DNA from: Orbicella franksi
Lineage: Eukaryota
Length of the DNA stretch: 64,000 nucleotides
NCBI GenBank assembly: GCA_964199315.1
Contig: OZ116712.1
Span: 20,460,001-20,524,000 of the forward strand
Direction: 5' to 3'
This document shows, in pieces, positions 13,401 to 23,037 of the stretch (position 1 is its first letter; each line of letters opens with the position of its first letter). The position numbers and the translations under genes are program-made. The notes under the pieces are model-generated. The model made no database searches, was not told where the DNA came from, and was given only the letters and a program-made list of their open reading frames with translations.

Positions 13401-16400
13401 ATGCGAGAATGCAAACAATAACTCAAATTTTCGTGGTGAAAATGCAAGTCCCGTTACTCGAAAAATATGAGAAGACTGTTTGCATTCTCATACCCATTCT
13501 GTATCTGTTCTGTACTTATTCGCAAACGCGTTCCCTGTTAGGTTTCTTCTGAGCGGTACTGTATCTATCAGTGTATGTTGTTTGATCAACCTTAATTAGG
13601 AGTGGACATAAAAAAAATATATAATTAATATTTAAATTTTAATTGCCCTCTCTGACCCAACTTGATTTGAAGCTTACCTCACTAAGGTAGACAAGGATGG
13701 AACAAAGACTTCCATTTACACCATTTTCAGCATACTTTGGATCTGACTTCCACTGTTCTTTCATCCACTACACAGCGGAAAAATAATGGAGCAACAACTA
13801 GATCAGCGACTACATCTGTAGAAATAACTACAGTCGAACCTCCCGCAAGCAACCACCCAAATGTCAAGCTTGGGTTGTCGCAAACAAGAGCTTAGACCAT
13901 ATCGGGTCAACACTTTGCCTCATTAGCATAATGGTAACTTCAGAGAGTTATTCCATGCTTTAAATGTGTTATTCATGTGAAAAGTCAATTTTGAGAACAA
14001 ATTTGGTACTTCCCATTGAGAAAATTTCCGTCTCTTGTACCAGCCAGGAATGCAATAATGTGGACAACAACTCATTATCCAATTTTTGCCTAATTATATG
14101 TCAAGTAGTTGTTTACGGGAGGTTAAGAGCAAAAAAAAATTTCCAACTTACAGCTCTAAAAGTGGACATTGTTGCTTGCGAGAGGTGGTCACTTACAAGA
14201 AGTTCCAAATATAGTGATTACACTTGGGAATTTTTGGTATTTTGGAAAACTGGTCACTGAGGAGAGATGGTTGCTTACAAGTATGAGAGGTGGTCGCAAC
14301 CGGAGGTTCAACTGTATTAAGTAAATAATGCATTGTTCCAGAATATATCCATACCACTTCCACAGAAGTAGTTTTAGTTTAAATCCTCCTCCATCTCATT
14401 TCCTAGAAATTCTAGTTTAACTTCATACTTTCCCCTTAAATTTTTCTTTTGTGACCCTTCACTCATTTAGAATTTCAAATGACCCTCCACAGGTTGGGTA
14501 GAGTATTTTCTGGAACCAAACGATGCACATTATGAAAGATTGTAACCCATTAAAGCCTGCCGCCTGACCAAGGCCAAACCAAACGACGTTGACTTTGACT
14601 TTATTATTATTCTTATCATCATTATTGCTATTATTATTATTATTTAGTTTTTATTATAGCATTTTAGCCTTATTTTAATTTGTAGTTTTTTATTTATACG
14701 CTCACTAGAATCTTCAGAATTGAAGGAGGTGAGTCGCCCAGGAAGAAGAAGAAGAAGAAACTAATAATTAACTGTAATTATCACTGTAATTAACACCAAT
14801 GGATGTTTTAGTGAATACTAAAATAAGGGAAGCTATTCATCAGAGAATTAAAACCAACTCTGAACATGCAAACTCTTTCTGTAAATTCATTTTTACACCT
14901 TTATCGATTCTCAGGATTTGTACTCCTTATTTTTCACACAACCTTGACAATGACTTCATAAAGACAACGAAACACGATCGGTTATTATCGTCAGTTTTTG
15001 CTTGTTTATGAATAACTAAATCCTTATTGATAATTATTGAATAATCACAGGGCTGATCTAGACTACAGTAAAGTTTTAATAAATTACTACCTCCACTCTT
15101 TTGTTGCATTCAGGAAATGCTGGATTGTCCGGAATGTAACAGAGTTCCTCATCTGCAAATCAAGCAATATATTGTTAATTAGATTGAGCAGCAATTCACC
15201 AGCAGTTGGTGTAATGTTCCCAAAGACCCAATCACTCATTAATTCACTAAAATTATTGTTATTTAAAAGAAATACTATTATATGATATACTTTATTATGA
15301 TGTATGTAACCAACAGGCTGCAGTACTGCTTACCTATTGGCCTGGTTAGATTATTGATTGTGTTGTTCAGAGACTTGATAGCTATGCTTAGATGCCTAAA
15401 TTCCATGGTGCTGTTCACTATTACATTTTCAACTTGATTCTCAAGATTCTGAATTCTTGCCAGCATATTTTGTAAAAGAACTGCAGTGGCTTTCTTCATC
15501 TCCCGTACATCTCCTGTGAACAAAAAATGTGCATCCCAAGGTTACCCCCAGTTACTTTGCCAGCACCCAGCAAGGGTTTGATCAACGTTTTCAGCAGGAG
15601 GGAAACTGTTTTTCACAGGCAGGCAAAACTACTTGAACTGAACTTCTTTATAGGAAAATTTTTCCTCTAGTTGGTCAAACCAAGAAGGCAAAATCATCCT
15701 TACAATTTAGCAGGTGCCCAGCTCTTAATGGAACCCCTCCCCAGTTATAATACACCTGGGTGAAAAGAGGCACCATGGAAGTAAAGAGTCCTGAATAAAG
15801 ACATTCTCATCTCTAAAGGCTACACTCCTTTTGATCAGCAACAAGAATTGCAACCTCTGGCTGGACCCAATTTCCTGGGCATGCCTAGAGTATTAATTTT
15901 GTTTTATATTCTCAATCACATTTGTCAGACTTGACAGGAAGTCTGTGAATTGAGGACATCCGATGTCACACCCGCCTAGCGGTCGTGATTCTTATTGCTG
16001 ATCAGGAGTACAGCCTCTGGAGATGGGAATGGCATAAAGATCACAACCTTCTTGTGAGAAACAGGGGGCTAAGCCTGTCTAGAGCTGGTGAGACAGTCCC
16101 ATCTTACCAACTTGGGTGGCTAAATTTTCACCGTGTCGAATTTGGTTCATCTTGCCTCCCGACAGAGCTATCCTGCAAGCAGACGTCAACTATTTCCTTT
16201 GCTTATGTTCCAGTTTCATGCTGTCTCTCTAGAATTCAGGGGCCATGATTTAACTGATTGCTTGACAATAAGCATTGATAAAAGTCAGCTGTGACTGGCT
16301 ATCAACACTAGATGCTTGACATAATTTATAGAGTATCATGTAATGTACTTTCCAGCAGGTTTTCATTAACTGAGGTATCAAACTGTACAAAGCAAAACAG

Positions 16401-18110
16401 TGGAAACTGGTCATGCATGCAGACCTATCACTATTGATCGTCATGTCTCTACTGTACTTTGTTAAAACTTCTCCTGGTATACAACACAGCATATAGTGCA
16501 CTTTGGAAACAACTGTGAAGCTCATACATGTCGATCAGAAGGCTAAGATTAAAAGAGAGCGACAAATACTGCAAACCATAATCCCAATTTACTTCATTAA
16601 TATGCATGTGTAACCAAAATTTGTAATAGTAATTGGACTGAGTGAGTACAATTCAGGGAGGAATCACATGAGTAATTTCAAAATTGGACAAGCATAAAGC
16701 ACAAGGCCAATCTGAAATTAAGAGCATGATTAACCACTGAATTCTATGACACGAGGTCCAGTGACTAATCAGTCGCATCAATAACAAATTTTGAAATTAA
16801 AGTCTTTTGAGAGTCTCTTGAGCAAAAGTCAGTTGCACCTTCCTAAGTTTTCAAAATTAATGTAGGAAACATTAATTTTAGGAAGCCATAAGAGTGGGTA
16901 TAATTGACATGTGAACAATGTAGACCCAATTGCAAAAAGTTGTACTTGGATACCTATATAATTGGACACCTACGTCATTGCACGCCCATTACATGACAAA
17001 TTGGTGCGCAGAGAACCAATTATGATAAATAATTTTGCTGTAGATACGATTAACAACACAAACAGCAGGATACCAGAGCAAGACTTGCAACAGCACGAAC
17101 ATTTGCTATTGTCATGCCAGCTTATTGAGGGAGTGTGGAAATTGATCTGCGGTGTTCTTATTATCAAACAAGATGAAAGTGTCAACAACTTTTGCTGTTG
17201 TTCATCACCCAATTCTCCTCAAAATGGCACGTAACATTGGCGTCACAAACGGCTTAGCAGTCTTCTTCAAAACATGAAAATTAATGTTTTTCAGAAGTCA
17301 CTTTTCCATGTGAAATGAAGTATGAAATAACATAAATCTGCATACAATCCATGCGGAACTCGCGATATTATAAAATTACATCCTAAAACTAAAGATCAGG
17401 GCTGAAAACTTACCTGAAGCTGAGCATGTCCAACCAGAAATTTATAAATCTCTAGGGCTTAATTTAAGTTAATAAACCGTATCCTTTGTACGCAAAGCAA
17501 GGTCATGCAACGAAAAATAAATGAAAAAGGGTTGTGATAGAAACAAATTCCACATAAAAATATCCCTGAAAGTAACTGTCAGATCAAGACAAAGTCGAAC
17601 AGTAAATAAACGGGAGTCTTTACATTCACTTTCGGCTGTTTTCATAGGCATAATAATTTACTGCAGACATGTACAAAAAGACAACTGTTAAGGAACGAAA
17701 ATCGATGTAGATGACGAACATACAGCAAAATTGTAAACACTGGAACACTGTTAAGACCAAAATACAGGGAAATTTGCTAGAATTTGTAAATTGTACGGGC
17801 GCTAAGGAACTTTAGCTAACAAAATACAGGAAGTCAGGCATAATATTTCTTATTTACCATTGTCTGAATCTCCAAGTCCATTTGTATACAACCCTTTTTC
17901 CTTGGCGATGGCATCTATATACTCCTTCGATAGCGCTATTATCTTCTGCTTTAAGTATTCAGATTGCGATCGTCTGTCGTTGAGCTGTAGTTGGATTAAA
18001 TACATCCCCCAAACCAGGCTGAGAACTATCAAGATGATACCTAGTCGATGAGACGTCAGTCGAAAGGTTCGCCACCTGCTTCTAGGTTTGTAGGTTCGGT
18101 CGCCCGTCAT
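1413..18110 (-). CDS. MGAT5: Alpha-1,6-mannosylglycoprotein 6-beta-N-acetylglucosaminyltransferase (GnT-V) with a triplicated N-domain, 885 aa
   Basis: 23 GT-AG coding exons in transcription order: 17858-18110, 15334-15513, 15091-15152, 13678-13767, 12800-12913, 12548-12637, 11279-11377, 10583-10675, 10249-10326, 9852-10019, 9144-9313, 7068-7199, 6576-6715, 5942-6066, 5350-5421, 4930-5025, 4566-4649, 4340-4402, 3730-3846, 2976-3050, 2375-2471, 1865-1922, 1413-1614. They sum to 2658 nt in one frame. Type II TM segment LGIILIVLSLVWGMYLIQL. GnT-V motifs KGGPLGELVQWSDLI, DSFGTE, HSPDNTFLGFVV, GLGFPYEGPAPLEAIANGC, TSQHPY, WPPLKAL and C-terminal LLFSCTG..RLCPCR..KEQVAL. Confidence 0.96.
5577..5870 (+). 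mobile_element. tRNA-derived SINE in an MGAT5 intron (antisense to the gene)
   Basis: Pol III A-box-like TGGCCTCATGG (5577-5587) and B-box GGTTCAAGCCC (5620-5630), followed by a core gtgttcttgggcaagacac. The 3' part catcccatccaggggggagt recurs at ~3940-3965. Confidence 0.75.
7640..7715. repeat. Compound microsatellite (ATT)n(GTT)n(ATT)n
   Basis: Read directly from the sequence. It produces the spurious poly-Leu and poly-Thr/Ile ORFs in the track. Confidence 0.95.
13123..13561. mobile_element. Tc1/mariner-type MITE, 439 bp
   Basis: 34-bp TIR cagtaccg(a/c)tcagaagaaacctaacagggaacgc with one mismatch. TA target duplications at 13121-13122 and 13562-13563. Internal cc(a/g)ttc subrepeats. Confidence 0.85.
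13831..14314. mobile_element. Tc1/mariner (pogo-like) MITE, 484 bp
   Basis: TA|CAGTCGAACCTCC ... GGAGGTTCAACTG|TA. Internal gagaggtggtcgcttac subrepeats. A related copy lies at 55451-55802. Confidence 0.8.
14330..14525. mobile_element. Short MITE-like dispersed repeat; second copy at ~34930-35115
   Basis: Ends ttccagaatatatccatac ... gtattttctggaa are imperfect inverted repeats. The same terminal motifs occur at 34930-35115. Boundaries are approximate. Confidence 0.55.
15802..16031. mobile_element. MITE-like element with imperfect TIRs
   Basis: cattctcatctct...ttgatcagcaacaagaat versus attcttattgctgatca...ctctggagatgggaatg form imperfect inverted ends. Confidence 0.55.
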
Positions 18111-19789
18111 TTTTGCGCGAAGAATACCTGTTTTGTTCGTTCTTCCGCCCTTATGGAAAGGGCGGACAGTGAAGTAAACTACATCAGCTTACTCAAGGCT
18201 CAAAAAAGCGCGATTAATATATGCTATTACCACAAGTACTTTGACCGGTTCTGTCTTGCAAACAGAAATCCCAGAAGGTTTGGCGCTACTGCATGCCAAT
18301 GACAACTCTCAAGTTTGATTGGCAGTTGCCTTGACCACCGTTGGAGCCCTCAGAACATCTGCCACTGTCTGGCCACTGTGTCCAACTCTCAAACTTCAAT
18401 ATATTTTAATTATTTCGTTTAAAAATTAGGGAAATTCGGTCGCGACAACATGGAATTGTATTATTTATGAGTAAAAAAATGGCATGTTAGGCATCTCGTA
18501 ACAAGTTTTCAAGAGTTATTTTCCTTGTTTCCTCGGCTCTGAGAGCGCTGCCAGTCATGATCATGGGTCGTCACGCAATTCCGTTCCAACTTTTTACCGT
18601 CTCTAATTCACACCAATTTGGCTGCCCAATTTTCAAACAAATAACAGCTATACCTAGATTTTTACACGCAGATGAGACGTTCTTCTCCTCCTAAAACACT
18701 TTGTTTTTATCGTAATTAGATGTTGCTCCTTAGGGGATTTCAAGTTTAACGGCGGTTTTAACTTTAAATTAAATTGGAAAAGTGTTATTTACACGCATAA
18801 TATTTAGTAATCTGTTAGAGGTGCTTGATTGTTTAGAGCAGCACAGAAAAAAAAGCTAGAGAAAAAATAGGGTACATGGAAGTGTTGAAGGGAAAGCTTA
18901 TTACAGCAACCAGTCTCTCCAAGAACAGGTTACATACAGCCCTTTTTCTATTATTCGCTCTCGATTTCTATCACGTGATAGTTTTAGATCTACATGGTGA
19001 AATTTTATAATTATGACAATTTTATGTTTTTACTAAACGGCATCAAATTCTGTCTTTCTCTAAACGGCAAAACTGGCCAAAAAGCAACAGAAATAGCACT
19101 ATAACCGTATATGTTCGGTACCGCATAACATTTCTGAAAGAAGTTATGCCGTGTCATTTCAAACTTTATTACCTGCAGTATGACTGGCTCCAAAATCACT
19201 TCAACCCCCTCAAAGTCAATACATAAAGCGAAAATACGCTATAATCTAAGAATATTCACAAGAATATTTTCAGCCTAAAATCGGCAGTGAGGATTTTTTA
19301 GCCCGGGCCGGTGAAGCAACTGATATTCTCATGCAACAAAAGAATTCGCTGAACAAAATATGTTCTGTTGACAAAACGTAAAATTTACACCTGTTTTGTA
19401 ATATCAAGAGCAAACAACATGTTTACTTGATAAAATTTAGTGAAAACAGAACTATGTCACTCTGTAAATGTTGTAAGTTTCAATGCGTAACGCTTATAAA
19501 AAACAATTGTTATGTAAAACAAGTTTCAATGCCTTATAAATATCTGAGCAAAATTTGAATTGATACGATGATCGTGAATTCCTCTGTGTAGTACGTGTCA
19601 GATCTACTGAGTCAGAAAAAAAATTTCAATTGCAAATTTGAGATGTAAACAATGCCAGGGCGATGTTAGATATTGTGTTATTGTTACGTTTACTTGCGTA
19701 AGGAACAACCTGTTATCTATTGTCTTGAGAAAAAATTGCGTAACTCGTTAAGTTTATAGCTATCTTGAAAAAAATGTATATTATGTACT

Positions 19790-20445
19790 CCAAACAATAT
19801 TTTATAACTTAACGTGTATGATCAGTACTTACCGATTAAGAAACGAACAGCAACATATTGGTACCCAAAAAAATTAGTCATTCTGAGTTTAATTATATGA
19901 GCTTCAAGTTTATTCCGCAGCAGTAACGCAAAAGGACTAATATAGGAAAACAGATTATTTCTTTTCAGGCAATAGATCTTTGGAAAAGGTTTCAAATCCA
20001 TTCCAAAGAACTTACAGTATTTGCTTTTTCAATGACATTAATACACGCTTTATTGTCAGACCAACATCCGAATTGGTTATTTATTTATTTACTTATTTAT
20101 TTATTTATGCACGGTTTTCCCTTAGCTTAACTATATATTTAAAAAATGAACGAGTAACCAGGATAAGACATATTCAAAATTAAAAAACGTTCCCCGTTTA
20201 AAATAGTTTAAAATTACTAGACTGGCTTTCGATTGCAAGTCCCTATTTGTCAAAGATCGCAGAATGGTAATCGAAAGCTCTGGTAATATGAAACTATTTT
20301 AACCAGAGAACGTTTTTAAATTTCGGAGGTTACAATAGTTACCTTACCTGAAACCTACTCATATATTAAATTTACTAAAAAATGTTATATTTATATTTGT
20401 ATTGAGAAATAAAGATGTTGTCGTTGTTGTTGTTGTTGTTGTTGT
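19790..20445 (+). mobile_element. Decayed 3' end of a CR1/L2-like LINE with a (GTT)n tail
   Basis: Frame from 19936 reads TNIGKQIISFQAIDLWK...LLSDQH, resembling ORF2 C-termini of CR1/L2 elements (from recall). AATAAA at 20408-20413 is followed directly by (GTT)n to 20445. Confidence 0.5.
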
Positions 20446-20799
20446 ATGACAGATATAGTTTCTGAGTTGTTCATCAGTGAAAACTTTGTCCGGTCCAATA
20501 CTTAGAAAATACGTGTAATAATTATAGCGGGAAAATTAGAGGGTGGGGAGGGTGGAGCCTGTATGTCGCAAAGTCTGTAAAGAGAGGGGGTAGGATGAAA
20601 GGAAAATGTCTTGGTCGAAAGAGGGAAGACGAAACTGTTTTTATGACATAATTGTCCGAAGCTAGTACTTAATTTTGTCTCAAACTGTTACACTGCAACG
20701 GCACAGCACTAAGCAAACATAACCTCATCTGGTCTGAATGGTTTCCGAAAGAATTTGCCATAAAAACGGCAGGAAGTCCGAAGTCCGGTAAAAAATGTT

Positions 20800-22134
20800 C
20801 GAGTACTTTCTTTCCAAACATCTTGGAGGCCATAACCGACTTTGATGTTAACACTGATGCCCCAGCCTGGAGGGAAGTCATCCAAGCCATAAAATCCCTG
20901 AAGAATGGAAAAGCTCCCGGCCATGATAACTTGAATGTTGAACTGTTTAAAACACACCCTGAGCTTGTTGCCACTATTCTAATCCCCTTATTCGCAAAAA
21001 TATGGGAGCTGGAAGAAATTCCATTGGCTTGGACAAGAGGAGTCGCAACAAAGATACCAAAGAAGGGGTCTTTAAATTATTGTAACAGCTGGTGGGGAAT
21101 TACCCTTCTGTCTGTGCCGAGTAAAATGTTTTGCAGCGCATCACCAGAGCTGTTGATGACATCTTGCGAAATGAACAAGCTGGATTTCGTAAAGGGCGTG
21201 GGTGTAGGGAACAAAATTTTTACACTCCCGGAATATACTAGAGCATTGTACTGAGTGGAACAGGCAGCTGTATATAAATTTCATTGACTATGAGAAAGCT
21301 TTTGATCGCATCCACAGGAACAGTCTCTGGCAGATTTTGAGGGCATATGGCATCCCGCAACGCATTGTTTTAAGACGCCATCAAATGCTTCTATTCAAAC
21401 TTTACATGCTGTGTTGGTAACTGGTGTGCGTCAGGGATGTGTCTTGCCATCCGTGCCATTTAATAATGCCATTGACTGGGTCCTTCGTCGTACGATGGAA
21501 GACCAGAAAAGAGGTATAAAATGGACCCCTTCAGTTCTACACTGGAAGACCTTGATTTCGCGGATGACTTAGCCCTGCGGTCACTAGCCTGCAGAACAAG
21601 CGGATTAGCGCGGATTAGCGGGCAGAGAGAAAACGCGATACACGAACGCGAAGCGCGAGACGAAAAAATTTTTTTCGTGCTATCCACTCTACTTTATGGT
21701 GCCGAATACTGGCGAATAAAAAGGCCGTGCGTGACCTTTCAAGGCTAGCAGCTTTCCACCTAACTAGCCTCCGGAAGATTCTAAGAATGTTGCCCGGCCT
21801 CGGAAAATATTTAATGACCAGCTCCTAAGGCAAGCTAAACAGGAGGATATTCGCACGATTATCAACAAGAGAAGATGGAGATGGATTGGGCATGTTTTTC
21901 GAAAAGATCATCAACAACAACATAGCAAAAATTGTAATGCGATGAACAACAGAAGGCAAGCGTAGAGGAGGACGCTCAAAAACATGGCGCAGAACGGTGG
22001 AGAAGGAGTTGAGTGAGCTCAAGTACAACTGGAGCACCATTGAAAAGCCGGTGGGCGGCCAAGGGTAGGCAAGGTTGGCGTGATTTGGTTGCTGCCCTAT
22101 GCGCCACACCTGGCACAGTGAGCAGTAAGTAAGT
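20800..22134 (+). mobile_element. 5'-truncated, frameshifted RTE-clade non-LTR retrotransposon (reverse transcriptase remnant)
   Basis: RT motifs across shifting frames: AIKSLKNGKAPGHD, IPKKGSL..WWGITLLSVPSK, FIDYEKAFD, VRQGCVL, LDFADD, and RWRWIGHV near the C-terminus. It ends in a (TAAG)n-type tail agtaagtaagt at 22124-22134. Confidence 0.9.
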
Positions 22135-23037
22135 GGGTAGTACTTTTTTGTCACCCTCGCTGTAAGAATTTATTTTAAAACTGGCGGCACAGTTATGTTG
22201 AAAAAAACTTTAATTATACAACCGGCACCAGAGTAATTTTAGGGGCGAAGATTTGATTTAACGCTTTTTTTAGGCTGAAATCGAGATAAGACTGATAGAG
22301 TGTTGTCAAACTCAAAATGGAAATGTGGTCAAATGTTTGATGTAATATGTCAAGAGTACTTAACCTCCATCGGATAAGGCGTTCGTTTTTTGCGAGAACG
22401 CCTGATCGCTGATTATGGCACGGAACTTGTCACATTTGTTACTGACAGTGTCTCAGGTAATGGGGAGCCTATGTCCTAGAAGAATGGGTTTTGAACTTAT
22501 GAGGGCTATTGTAAAAGCTAATGTTTCGCGGGGCGGCAAAATGAGCTTCTTTTTATTGTATTGCGCCCAAGAATTTTCATAAATAGTCATAATATGCAAA
22601 GTAGTCATGCGCTGAGCATACGATATGCAAATATAAGCTCTGTGACGTGCAGTCAACCCGGAATCAGCTTCTCTCGTTGTGACAAGGTTAACATCGGAAC
22701 AAGGACGGAAAAAAAGTTCACAAATTCACAGGAAAAAACGTCAGCAGTTATATGCGAACTGCTAATGACAGCTACTCCCACAAAAGTGACCCGTTTCGCG
22801 ACGTGTGTGTTCAAGTGAATTTATTTTGCGTTGAACCTATCAATACTGGGGTCACGCAGCGGACGGTGAAACCGTACGGATTATAAGTTTGTTATTCTGG
22901 TTATTTAACCGGCGAATTACGTCAACTGTCGGTACAGTACGGATTGAATGACACTGCTATTCTCTTAAGGGGGATATGTGAGGCATGTTACAGCGCGATC
23001 TCTTTTATAAACAGCGGCTTCGTTGAATCCAGCAGAA

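Noticed and set aside
20798-22146. agtacttt near both ends of the RTE remnant as a target-site duplication
   Set aside because: The downstream copy is not flush with the (TAAG)n tail and the 5' end is ill-defined. An 8-mer match in AT-rich DNA is weak.
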